Position numbers and translations under genes: made by a program. Source: an uncultured Spirochaetales bacterium (lineage in GTDB: Bacteria > Spirochaetota > Spirochaetia > SZUA-6). From it: 64,000 nt of DNA. Of this stretch, positions 55,125-64,000 are shown in pieces (position 1 is the first letter of the stretch; every line of letters begins with the position of its first letter). The notes below the pieces were generated by a model. It had not been told where the DNA came from. It searched no databases and saw only the letters and a list, made by a program, of their open reading frames with translations. The stretch covers positions 648,190-712,189 of the forward strand of contig CAZQTC010000023.1 in assembly GCA_964596425.1 (NCBI GenBank). The letters are read 5' to 3'.

Positions 55125-56159
55125 TTACTTCTTACTCTTACTATTTTCCTTCTTCTCTACCTTCACCTTTTTCTTCTCAATTGCGCTTATCGGTTTGAAT
55201 ATCCTCTTCAACTGCCATACACTAACTACATAGGTATACTTACCATTCGCAGGTTTGACATAAAACTGCTCTTTACCTTTTAGCTTATTACCAACATACA
55301 CCTTAAAGGTTTTATTATTCTGAGTTGTAATCTCAAAATATGTATCACCGTTTTTTATCCCTGTATCTGCGGATTTATCAGTAACAAACTTCACACCCTC
55401 AAAATCAACAAGATCGCTAGTAAGAAGATTAACCTTATCCTCGTCAAGGGTTAGATTTTCTTTACCCTCAATTTTCCATACGGTCTCCTTATCTTTTGTA
55501 GCTCCCCTGTAGAGAGTATAGTTTATGGTGGGATTTTTATCTTTCTTATCAAAGGCTGCCTTCTTGAAGAATACAATTTTTAGTATATCTTTTACCTTTA
55601 AATCCTTAGGCATAATCTTTAAATACGACCAGAAATCACCCGCGGGATTCATATAATAAGAGAGAACCTCGCTAATGAGGTACACATTGTTACCCGTACT
55701 CTTTCTGATATAGTATCCACTTCCTCCGATGCCACCCTTTCCTATTAACAAATCAACAATTTTTTTGCCCTTAATATCATAGAACGTGAAATGGCGAGCC
55801 CTCTTTTCTACAACATCAAAATTATCCCAATTCTTAGGATTTTTAGAGATAAGTTTTCCCTCTTTAAGTTTCGTAAATTCATCCAGCAAATCACTAATTT
55901 TCCCGGAATCCGCGGGGTAGAGTGAATTATTTAACACTACCCACCATTTGTTCGTGCTATCCTTCTTCAGCGTTATAGATCCCGAGGGATTTGAAATAAC
56001 AATCTTAGTCACTGCACTTTTCTTAAAACCGGGATATAAAAGTCTTTGAGTTTTTCTCTTCTCCACATTCTCTGGGGAAAAAATCACCCCAAGAATATAA
56101 GTTGCAGTTAAAACAAATATCACTATAACAGAAATTATTACCTTCTTTTTAAAATCCAT
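55125..56159 (-). CDS. DUF4340-like protein (GldG-associated)
   Basis: N-terminal TM anchor with a Lys-rich beta-rich body; it is the last gene of the ABC-2/GldG cluster. Confidence 0.55.
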   Translation of the reverse strand: MDFKKKVIISVIVIFVLTATYILGVIFSPENVEKRKTQRLLYPGFKKSAVTKIVISNPSGSITLKKDSTNKWWVVLNNSLYPADSGKISDLLDEFTKLKEGKLISKNPKNWDNFDVVEKRARHFTFYDIKGKKIVDLLIGKGGIGGSGYYIRKSTGNNVYLISEVLSYYMNPAGDFWSYLKIMPKDLKVKDILKIVFFKKAAFDKKDKNPTINYTLYRGATKDKETVWKIEGKENLTLDEDKVNLLTSDLVDFEGVKFVTDKSADTGIKNGDTYFEITTQNNKTFKVYVGNKLKGKEQFYVKPANGKYTYVVSVWQLKRIFKPISAIEKKKVKVEKKENSKSKK

Positions 56160-56160
56160 C

Positions 56161-57771
56161 TTAACCCTCCTCCGATGATGATAATAATTTTCTCTGTCTC
56201 TTCCTCGAGAGGAACCTAAATACTCCGTAGAGTATTACAAGTAGAGGAATAAAAACCACATTCACCACCTCAGTTAGAAGAGCCATGGTAATTCGCTTTT
56301 TTGGATCTTGAATCTTGTTGAGTCTCATATCTCGAACAACTCGCGTCTTAATAGTGAGGAGGTCTGCATCATTGGTAAGCCAAGTAGAACAATTCTCCAC
56401 AAAATCAAGATTGTAAAATGCATCGGTATACTGTAATAAACTCGAGGGAAAATCCGAATCACCAACAACAATTATCCTCGTTTCTTTGCTCTTATTGATT
56501 TTCTTTTCATTGGCCCATGGACTCTTTTCTCCCTCTCGTTTAGGCACAGACTTATCAGCAAAAAAACTGCTAAAACTACCTGTAACCGCATAGGCCAGGG
56601 TATACTGTCCTCTATTCTCTGTACCGATATAATTCAACATATCCGACTGGTAAGGATTTGTCATAAACTTCTTTTTCATAACCCATGCTTGCTTTGTTGT
56701 TTTTATAAGCGCCTCCGCTTTAAGTCCTGACTTCTTATTCCATACAAGAGGACTTGCCCAATATAGATCCAAACCCTGAAATCTAGCCGTTATAGGATTT
56801 TTACGGGAGACATTTTGGCTGGAAATAGTAATCCATTCTGGATACTTACCTATTATCTGCCACATTGTTTGCCCAAAGAGCTGTCGTGGTATTCTAAAAG
56901 TTTTGTTATACTTATCCAGAACAAGCTCGCGTTTAACATCTATGCCATAAGCCTTTAGCATATCGAGAATAGGAGATTTTTCAATCTTAGTAGCTCGTAA
57001 ATTGTTTTTCATATCAATCCTGATACCATCAACCAAGAAAAGAATCTTTCCTCCCTTCATAAGGTATTGATCTATGGGATAGACATCATAGTTATCAAAT
57101 CCACCGTCACCAATTACTATAAGGAGGGATATATCTGATGGAATAGCCTTCCCAGGAGTTATCTGGCTAACCTCAAAATTAGCAGAAAGTTGAGACGCCA
57201 TAGACCTATAGTTACTATAGGTTCTATCTGGGTTGGCTATAATAATACCAATTTTTTTGTGCTGGTTTTTTACAATCCTTCTTATTTTGGAAGTTAACTC
57301 ATACTCAAGCGTATCGGTACTTGCCACTACGGGGAGGGTATCATGCCTATCAAGATATTCAATTACAATACCAGTGTAAACCATTGCCACACTACGCTCA
57401 TTTTTCTCAACCACCTCTATCTGCTGTGGAGCAACTCCAAGACTCTGAGCGGTTGCAGTATCCCCCGTTTTAGCAGGATCAACTATCGAAACCACTATCT
57501 TCCCGTGCGAATATGCTGCATATTCATTCAGCAAATCTATAATCCTCTGGGGAAATGTATACAATCGTCTTAATTTATCAGATACGTAGTAGATTATATT
57601 AACCCTCTCAGGAATTTCCTGGAAAAGTTCCTTCGAAACTTTAGAGATGGTAAACTCCTTATTCGCCGTGAGGTCTATCCGAGTAAAAAACCTATTGGTG
57701 TTAAGACCCACAAGCACGAAAATTATTAAAACCAAAACCAATATTGTTATTTCTCTTAGTTTCTTATTCAT
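56161..57771 (-). CDS. GldG-family ABC-transporter auxiliary protein
   Basis: A 536-aa protein with TM helices at both ends and a large periplasmic body, immediately after the ABC-2 permease. Confidence 0.65.
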   Translation of the reverse strand: MNKKLREITILVLVLIIFVLVGLNTNRFFTRIDLTANKEFTISKVSKELFQEIPERVNIIYYVSDKLRRLYTFPQRIIDLLNEYAAYSHGKIVVSIVDPAKTGDTATAQSLGVAPQQIEVVEKNERSVAMVYTGIVIEYLDRHDTLPVVASTDTLEYELTSKIRRIVKNQHKKIGIIIANPDRTYSNYRSMASQLSANFEVSQITPGKAIPSDISLLIVIGDGGFDNYDVYPIDQYLMKGGKILFLVDGIRIDMKNNLRATKIEKSPILDMLKAYGIDVKRELVLDKYNKTFRIPRQLFGQTMWQIIGKYPEWITISSQNVSRKNPITARFQGLDLYWASPLVWNKKSGLKAEALIKTTKQAWVMKKKFMTNPYQSDMLNYIGTENRGQYTLAYAVTGSFSSFFADKSVPKREGEKSPWANEKKINKSKETRIIVVGDSDFPSSLLQYTDAFYNLDFVENCSTWLTNDADLLTIKTRVVRDMRLNKIQDPKKRITMALLTEVVNVVFIPLLVILYGVFRFLSRKRQRKLLSSSEEG

Positions 57772-57781
57772 CGCTCTACCC

Positions 57782-58507
57782 TCACTTCCACTTATTCAGT
57801 ATCAGTACTTTAACATTCAAATAGAAAAACAAACCTGTCACTATCAGGTAAAAGAACAAATCCCTTGTATCAATTAAACCCTTCCTAAAGGTTTCAAAAT
57901 GGTAACCTAGAGAAAAATAATTAAAAACTGAGGCTAACCATACGGGTAGGTTTACCAACTGATTGACCTGGTTCACCAATGTCAAAAAGAGTAAAATAAT
58001 AAGTCCAGAAACAAACGCAGAAATCTGGTTGGTAGACACAGCAGAAATAAATAAACCTATAGAAATTCCTGTTGTTCCGATAAGCAAGACACCCAGGTAT
58101 TCACCGAATATCTGCCCGGCATCAAACCTTCCCATAAAACTTAACAGAATTGGAACAGGGAGAGTTAAAACAATCATAATAAATAGAACAATAAAAGTAC
58201 TTAAAAATTTTCCAAGGACAAGTTGATACTCCTTATATGGAAGGGTCATTAATACTTCGATAGTTCCAAGTTTCTTTTCCTCCGCCCAGATTCTCATAGT
58301 TAGAGCAGGAATAAGTATTATAAATACCGTTGGCATGATCGCAAAATAAGCTCTAAGAGAGGCCACATTTTGCGCAAAAAAATTCTGTAGGTAAAAAAAC
58401 CATATAGAGGTAAAAACTAAGAAAGCCGTTACCGCTACATATGCTATAGGAGAGTTAAAATAGCTCTTTAACTCCTTTTTAACCAGACTCACCGTACTAG
58501 TTGGCAT
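57782..58507 (-). CDS. ABC-2 family transporter permease (GldF-like)
   Basis: A 241-aa protein with 6 predicted TM helices; it overlaps the upstream ATPase gene. Confidence 0.7.
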   Translation of the reverse strand: MPTSTVSLVKKELKSYFNSPIAYVAVTAFLVFTSIWFFYLQNFFAQNVASLRAYFAIMPTVFIILIPALTMRIWAEEKKLGTIEVLMTLPYKEYQLVLGKFLSTFIVLFIMIVLTLPVPILLSFMGRFDAGQIFGEYLGVLLIGTTGISIGLFISAVSTNQISAFVSGLIILLFLTLVNQVNQLVNLPVWLASVFNYFSLGYHFETFRKGLIDTRDLFFYLIVTGLFFYLNVKVLILNKWK

Positions 58508-59450
58508 GGTTTCCCCCTTCTCTTGTTAATTTGATGAATATATCTTCAAGACTAAAACGCTCCGGTATCATAGCCAGTATTTTATATCCCTCCTTCACTG
58601 CCCAATCAAATATTACCTCTTCAGCATCACTTTCGGGATCAAGAGAAAGATGGAAATTAACCTTATTTTCTTCAATCTTTTTACTACTCAGTATCTTCCT
58701 TATCACTTTTAAACTCTTAAGAGCCTCCTCAATGGCACTAAGCTCTTTCCCCTTAAGGGTTAGATCAAGCATAACCTCTCCTTTCATCTCCCTCCCAATC
58801 TCATCCGTTGTACCACTGGCAACAATCTTACCCTCATTCAGTATGAGAACATTACTGCATGTCGCTTCTACCTCTTGTAAAATATGGGTTGAGAGAATGA
58901 CTGTCTTCTCTTTGCCCAGTTGTTTGATTAGTTCCCTTATCTCAATTATTTGATTAGGATCAAGCCCGCTTGTTGGCTCGTCTAGAATCAGTATCTCAGG
59001 GTTATGAATAATAGCCTGAGCCAATCCTGTTCTCTGTCTATACCCCTTCGACAAACTACCGATCGTCTTATACACTACTCCCTCCAGACTGCACTCATCT
59101 ATAACCCTTTCTATTCTTTCCTTTTTGTTAGAACCAACCAAACCACGGGCATCTGCTATGAAATCGAGGTACTCCATAACATTTAAATCTGGATAAAGAG
59201 GTGCGGTTTCGGGCAGGTAACCAAGAGAGCGTTTGACATTGAGCGGATCCTCATAGATGTTAAAACCATTTAAAGTTGCATCGCCGTATGAGGGAAACAT
59301 AAAACACGTTAGCATTTTCATTATGGTCGTTTTCCCCGCTCCATTTGGGCCTAACAGTCCCACAATTTCTCCTCTCTCGATCTTAAAAGACACCCCTTTA
59401 ACTGCCTCAAGTGAACCGTAGTACTTACCTAATCCGTTTACCTCGATCAT
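58497..59450 (-). CDS. ABC transporter ATP-binding protein (GldA-like)
   Basis: GPNGAGKTT, LSKGYRQR and ILDEPTSGLD motifs. GGAGG lies 6 nt upstream of the ATG. Confidence 0.85.
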   Translation of the reverse strand: MIEVNGLGKYYGSLEAVKGVSFKIERGEIVGLLGPNGAGKTTIMKMLTCFMFPSYGDATLNGFNIYEDPLNVKRSLGYLPETAPLYPDLNVMEYLDFIADARGLVGSNKKERIERVIDECSLEGVVYKTIGSLSKGYRQRTGLAQAIIHNPEILILDEPTSGLDPNQIIEIRELIKQLGKEKTVILSTHILQEVEATCSNVLILNEGKIVASGTTDEIGREMKGEVMLDLTLKGKELSAIEEALKSLKVIRKILSSKKIEENKVNFHLSLDPESDAEEVIFDWAVKEGYKILAMIPERFSLEDIFIKLTREGGNHAN

Positions 59451-59558
59451 GAGAATCCTCCAAAACTAAAATAGATAGATATACAATATATAAAACATAA
59501 TCTTATAACAAATAGAGGGTCAAGGCTAGAGAAAAAATTATTCAAAAGCGGTTTGTTT

Positions 59559-60485
59559 TCAATCCGGATTTGGTAAATTTATACCCTGCAAATCTCTTGT
59601 TAAGAAAGTGTTGGCGAATACAGATCGTGCCTCTTCCAAAAGCCGCTTCAAATCCTTTTCCGTATAACGAGGACTATAATGGATTAACCCCAATCTTCCC
59701 ACATTTCCTTCCTTTGCTATTTTTGCCGCCTGAACAGAGGTAAGGTGTTTTTTCTCCCTCGCACTCTCGAGTAACTCACTGGTAAACATTCCCTCACATA
59801 TCAGAAGATCAGAATCCCGTACATTACCGGCAATACTCTCTAGAAAGAGGGTATCAGTCACAAACGAGAACTTCCTTCCCCGCCTCTTCGGGCCCATAAC
59901 ATCCTCAGGATGGACTACTCTCCCATCCGAGGCCTTAACAGCTCTCCCGCTCTGCAGGGTCGACCACAGGGGTCCCTTCGGAACGTTTAATTTCATAGCT
60001 CGTTCCGGATAAAAAACTCCCGGTCTTTCATCCTCCTCAAAGGTGTAACCTACACATGGTTTTGAATGTAAAAGATTAAAACTCTTAACAGAAAAACCCT
60101 TCCTTTTGAAAATTACCCCCTCACCCTCTATCTCTTTAACCACAATCTCATAATTGATATACATATCCAAAATTTTTCTGTTTGCGTGCACATACTCCCT
60201 TATTTTCGGAGGCCCAAAAATATAGAGAGGTTCTTCTCTCTCCACCTGAGAGGAAAGCATAAGTATACCCGGAAGACCTGTTACATGGTCTGCATGTGTA
60301 TGAGAAATAAATATCGCACCAATTTTTTTCCATCTCAGATTAAGCCGTCTCAAGGCAATCTGGGTTCCTTCCCCACAATCAAACAAAAAAATTTCACCCT
60401 CCCGACGCAAAAGTACAGAGGTCAACCCCCTGTTAGGCAAGGGCATCATACCACCTGTTCCTAAAACAAACACCTCAAAACCCAT
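59559..60485 (-). CDS. rnz: Ribonuclease Z / MBL-fold hydrolase
   Basis: Starts MGFEVFVLGTGGMMP with the FISHTHADHV motif. The true start is likely the internal Met at 60485 rather than the track start at 60560. Confidence 0.7.
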   Translation of the reverse strand: MGFEVFVLGTGGMMPLPNRGLTSVLLRREGEIFLFDCGEGTQIALRRLNLRWKKIGAIFISHTHADHVTGLPGILMLSSQVEREEPLYIFGPPKIREYVHANRKILDMYINYEIVVKEIEGEGVIFKRKGFSVKSFNLLHSKPCVGYTFEEDERPGVFYPERAMKLNVPKGPLWSTLQSGRAVKASDGRVVHPEDVMGPKRRGRKFSFVTDTLFLESIAGNVRDSDLLICEGMFTSELLESAREKKHLTSVQAAKIAKEGNVGRLGLIHYSPRYTEKDLKRLLEEARSVFANTFLTRDLQGINLPNPD

Positions 60486-60730
60486 AGTCACCTCTAGCTT
60501 TCGTTTGTTTGAATTCAATCGGTAAAAGTTAATATAAATAAACAATTTGTTAAACACCAAATAGTGAAAATTTGTAACACATTAAAAAGCTATATTTGTG
60601 TCATTTTTATACAGATATACCCATATTAACCCACCCTGTATCATTTTTACCCTAAGAAACAACAACAGAACAAAACATATTAATCTCATCTATATTTCTT
60701 TACAACATAAGCAAATACATCCTGCAAATT

Positions 60731-60746
60731 TGGCATATTTATTGCT
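60731..60746 (+). promoter_or_regulatory. sigma54 (RpoN)-type -24/-12 promoter upstream of hsp20
   Basis: TGGCATATTTATTGCT matches TGGCACG-N4-TTGCW with the GG-N10-GC spacing exact. It lies about 55 nt upstream of the hsp20 ATG. Two 16-nt direct repeats sit at -160 and -120. Confidence 0.45.
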
Positions 60747-60800
60747 TATAAATCAGTGAAAAAATCGAAACAGAAAAATACAATGGAAGGAGGTGATAAT

Positions 60801-61223
60801 ATGAACCTGGTAAAGTACAAACCGACTGATATCTCATTCTTCGATTGGGATACAGTTTTAGATAGATTTTTTGAAGATCCTATCTTTGATACCAACGTTC
60901 CAGCAGTAGACCTGAAAGAGGAAGATGATAAATTCCTCATGGAGGTAGAACTTCCCGGTCTTACAGAAAAGGACATAGAACTGAAAATCGAAGGGAATCT
61001 GTTAACCCTTAGTTCCAAGAAAGAAATGACACGGGATGAAAAGAAAGACGGATACATAATCAAAGAGAGGAGACATACATCCTTTACTAGAAGTTTCACC
61101 TTGCCAAACTCAGTTGATAAAGACAAAATCGAAGCGGAGTTTAAAAACGGTTTACTCACGATAACGTTCCCCAAGATAGAATCTAAAAAGCCGAAACTTA
61201 TCAGTATAAAGAACAAGAAGTAG
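60801..61223 (+). CDS. Hsp20/alpha-crystallin family small heat-shock protein
   Basis: GAAGGAGGTG RBS lies 7 nt upstream of the ATG at 60801. The alpha-crystallin domain reads VDLKEEDDKFLMEVELPGLTEKDIELKIEGNLLTLS...FTRSFTLP...KNGLLTITFPK. Confidence 0.85.
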   Translation: MNLVKYKPTDISFFDWDTVLDRFFEDPIFDTNVPAVDLKEEDDKFLMEVELPGLTEKDIELKIEGNLLTLSSKKEMTRDEKKDGYIIKERRHTSFTRSFTLPNSVDKDKIEAEFKNGLLTITFPKIESKKPKLISIKNKK

Positions 61224-61249
61224 GCAGGGTCCCAGACAAAGAGAGCAAA

Positions 61250-61281
61250 AGAAGCCACCTTTGCTGGTGGCTTCTTTTTTG
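61250..61281. terminator. Bidirectional rho-independent terminator between hsp20 and the M16 peptidase gene
   Basis: AGAAGCCACC-tttgct-GGTGGCTTCT followed by TTTTTTG; an A-run precedes it, so it is also followed by T's on the minus strand. Confidence 0.65.
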
Positions 61282-61284
61282 TTT

Positions 61285-64000
61285 CTACTCCGGTAGCTCA
61301 AAAATATTCTTTGAGATTTTTTCGTCATGTTCCTTTTCTCTTTCTATCATTTCTCTACCAGCTATAACAACGGTTCCACCTTTGCTATATGCCGATTCGA
61401 GTTCGTGAGCGACCCGGACAATGGCCTCCCTGGAAGCAAATTTCATAATCTTTCTTCGTTCTTCTCTCAACTCATCCGTTATTTTCCCCAACAACCTTTT
61501 AAGACTTACAAACCCTTTCTCTCCCGGATCTATGGGGCGTTCTTCCCTTCCAATCGTACCCAGAATCGAATTTTTAAACTGCCTATCTGATAACTCCTCT
61601 ATCGAAGAAAGTCCATTTCTATATTCCAGAAGAGTGTTTACAATATTGGGGTCCCTATAAGAGCAAAGTACAAATGTCCCCTCACTACTATAATTAAAGG
61701 CAAAGGCACCGTAGGCCCCTCCCTTCATTCGAATTCTCTCCCAGAGGTAACCTGTACGTAATAGATGTGCCAGTATAGATTGAAAAGGCTCTCTTCCATC
61801 TCCAAACCGTCTTGCTTTTAACGCCTTAGAAACAAAACCAACTTTAGAAGAAACGGCAAGGGTTTCACATTCTCTTCCTGTTTTACCACTGATAAGAGGG
61901 TCCGCTTTTAGAGATTCAATAAACTCACTAAACCCTTTGCCTTTATTTACCATACCTTCCCTACCCTCTCCATGCGTAAATTGGTCAAGAAATTCCTTCC
62001 TAATGGCCATGAGCACATCATTCCTATCCTCCAGTGAAGCAGTAACATTTAGTATCATCTGGCCTTTAAGTATTATCTCTCGAAGAGACTCAAGGGTTTC
62101 TGCAAGTTCATCGATAAATCCGACTTCTCTATCTGCCTTTTCCACCAGATAATTCAAAAAGATATATTGTGACACACCCTGCCATATCTCCTCTATTCGA
62201 GCAGGCTTAGAAACCATACTTCTAGCCCTAAGCATTGCAAACAGATGCCCCTCTGGTATAAGCTCACCCTTAAAATCATTTCTAAACTCAACTAAAACGT
62301 TTTTTAAATGTTCTCTATCAGAAAAATCCGCCTTACAGATAATCTCTCTTACCAGCGATACCGCCCTACTGAATCTAGCCTTTAGAGCCTTAACCCTAAA
62401 AAACATATGAGTAGAAAATGTGTCTATAGGTTGCCCAACAATATTACTCAATTCAAGTGTGGTATAGAAACCGCCGGTAAATTTTGCCAATAATCTAGCC
62501 ACCTCATCGTACTTTTTATCTTTTAAACCACTTTTACAAATCACTCTTCCCAAAAGGGGAAGCAAAATTCTCATATTCTCATCTATATGCGAAATATCAA
62601 ACCCAATATCAAGATAGATTACACCATTAGTATAGATGTCATGAAAGTAAAGATCACACCCCTCCACATCTATTTCTTCTATGGGGATTTTCTCTACACT
62701 TTCAGGTATATCTTCCACCCTCAGAGTAGGAATTTTGTCCAGATCCTCCTTCGAATCAGGAGATTCTAGAAAGTTCCTTAACTTCTCCACTTCCTTTTTC
62801 ACCCTTTCTCTATCTGATTCCCCCATCAGAGAGACAATTTTTGCCAATTTTTCATCAATAGCAATAGAAATCCTATCCTTATACTCCGGGTCAGGATATA
62901 CAACCACGGTACTTCTATGCCTGTTATCGAGAAATACCTCTTTAATTAGACTTTCCAGCTTAAAACCATTATCTATCTCCGATTTTAATCTATCCATATA
63001 GTCGTTAAAAATAAGGGTCTCCTCTGGTTCTAAGCCATGCAACCATCCCCTTAGGGTTTTCCTCATCAATCTAAGGGCAAAAGGAGCGCCATTCCCCCTT
63101 ATTTCCCTATTCCTAAACTCAACCCTATGAACAGCAGCATCTACCAACTCCCTATCAATACCCTGAGCAACCAGCTCTTCAAGGGTATCAAAAACAAGAT
63201 TCTCTATCGCCTCTCTCCTTTCCCTATCCGTGCCTCGTAACCCTACCGAAAACACCGATTGTTTCAGCTCTGTAGTGAGTCCTGTACCAGGCGCTAGATC
63301 TTCTCCCAGTCTAGACTCTATAAGACGTTTCCGTAGAGGAGAACCAGGATTGCCTACCAGAAGTTCGGAAATAACCTCCATAATAATCAGTCTGTAGGGA
63401 TCAGTCACAGGAACAGCAGCCCAATTGAGCAAAACGGTGGTTTTTCTTCCAGTATCAGTTCCCTTCTTCAGAGGATAAGTCCTCTCTACAACCACCGGTT
63501 TACCCCACTCAGTTTGAAAAGGGATCTCCACGTTAATATCCAGAGGTTCAAATTTAGAGAGGAACTCTCTATTCAAAAAATCAAGATGTTTCTCAGTAGA
63601 TATATTTCCATATAGGAATATATGGGAGTTCGAGGGATGGTAATAACGGCGGTGAAAATTCAGAAATTTTTCATAGGTTAAATCAGGAATTGACCATGGT
63701 TCACCTCCAGAATCAAAACCATAGGGTGTATCCGGGAACAATGATCTATACGACATATCCTCCACAAGCACTTCCGGATCGGAATACGCTCCCTTCATTT
63801 CATTAAAAACAACACCAACAAAACGAGCTACTTTATCAGTTTCCCCTGATCCCAGAGAATTTCCAGAGGAAGACTCCCCTCCAAACTCAACATGATACGC
63901 CTCCTGCATAAAAGTTTCCTTCCGCATTAGAGGAAAAAACACAGCATCCCCATAGACAAGCATCAGGTTGTAAAAATCCTTCTCCACCAGACTGCTGGCG
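61285..64000 (-). CDS. M16C-family (PreP/pitrilysin-like) zinc peptidase, N-terminus beyond window
   Basis: More than 900 aa. The earliest in-window residues NLMLVYGDAVFFPLMRKETFMQEAYHVEF match the segment just after the HxxEH zinc motif of PreP-like enzymes. The motif itself must therefore lie past 64000. Confidence 0.65.
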   Translation of the reverse strand, partial: ASSLVEKDFYNLMLVYGDAVFFPLMRKETFMQEAYHVEFGGESSSGNSLGSGETDKVARFVGVVFNEMKGAYSDPEVLVEDMSYRSLFPDTPYGFDSGGEPWSIPDLTYEKFLNFHRRYYHPSNSHIFLYGNISTEKHLDFLNREFLSKFEPLDINVEIPFQTEWGKPVVVERTYPLKKGTDTGRKTTVLLNWAAVPVTDPYRLIIMEVISELLVGNPGSPLRKRLIESRLGEDLAPGTGLTTELKQSVFSVGLRGTDRERREAIENLVFDTLEELVAQGIDRELVDAAVHRVEFRNREIRGNGAPFALRLMRKTLRGWLHGLEPEETLIFNDYMDRLKSEIDNGFKLESLIKEVFLDNRHRSTVVVYPDPEYKDRISIAIDEKLAKIVSLMGESDRERVKKEVEKLRNFLESPDSKEDLDKIPTLRVEDIPESVEKIPIEEIDVEGCDLYFHDIYTNGVIYLDIGFDISHIDENMRILLPLLGRVICKSGLKDKKYDEVARLLAKFTGGFYTTLELSNIVGQPIDTFSTHMFFRVKALKARFSRAVSLVREIICKADFSDREHLKNVLVEFRNDFKGELIPEGHLFAMLRARSMVSKPARIEEIWQGVSQYIFLNYLVEKADREVGFIDELAETLESLREIILKGQMILNVTASLEDRNDVLMAIRKEFLDQFTHGEGREGMVNKGKGFSEFIESLKADPLISGKTGRECETLAVSSKVGFVSKALKARRFGDGREPFQSILAHLLRTGYLWERIRMKGGAYGAFAFNYSSEGTFVLCSYRDPNIVNTLLEYRNGLSSIEELSDRQFKNSILGTIGREERPIDPGEKGFVSLKRLLGKITDELREERRKIMKFASREAIVRVAHELESAYSKGGTVVIAGREMIEREKEHDEKISKNIFELPE

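Noticed and set aside
60486-60800. CIRCE (HrcA) inverted repeat upstream of hsp20
   Set aside because: No TTAGCACTC-N9-GAGTGCTAA-like element is present. A sigma54-type motif was found instead.
1-64000. CRISPR arrays, transposases, prophage or defence-system genes
   Set aside because: No regularly spaced direct repeats were found. No Cas, RM, toxin-antitoxin, integrase or transposase signatures were recognised in any frame.

Overview
This is a 64-kb chromosomal segment at roughly 39-40% GC. It is densely packed with about 60 CDS on both strands, plus two tRNA-Val genes and several clean rho-independent terminators. The gene content points to a spirochete. The clearest marker is a cheA-cheW(CheR-fused)-cheX-cheY chemotaxis operon (Borrelia cheA2-cheW3-cheX-cheY3 architecture), and the two motility-accessory-factor (Maf) paralogs also fit. 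Most of the window is core housekeeping, named left to right:
- rsgA (partial), murI, rluD-like, yggS
- a YkoCDE-like ECF transporter and metY
- hpf-like, dedA, an M42 peptidase
- a polar amino-acid ABC transporter and rpsU
- a recO-thpR-pdp-recJ-M23 block, lon, a VanY-like carboxypeptidase, tsaC, ftsB
- a GldA/F/G-like ABC-2 transporter with DUF4340, rnz, hsp20, and a partial M16C peptidase.
I found no transposase, integrase, CRISPR array, or recognisable defence or toxin genes. The parts worth a second look are:
- Acidic-protein operon (46.1-53.0 kb): a 732-aa extremely Glu-rich protein with a duplicated ELDxILxSAD motif, a translationally coupled GAF-like protein, and two Maf flagellin-glycosylation paralogs.
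- Giant protein downstream of the che operon: 1349 aa, with two tandem PEP-utilizer swivel domains (only one keeps the catalytic His) and an N-terminal region that looks like a LeuA regulatory domain.
- REC-PilZ protein divergent from cheA.
- Two adjacent predicted outer-membrane beta-barrel proteins.
- Membrane protein with a degenerate GGDEF domain (GGLAL).
- sigma54-type -24/-12 promoter with upstream direct repeats in front of hsp20.
- Pentapeptide-repeat protein coupled to an MBL-fold hydrolase whose HxHxDH motif lacks the Asp.
All calls come from reading the sequence and translations; no database search was run.
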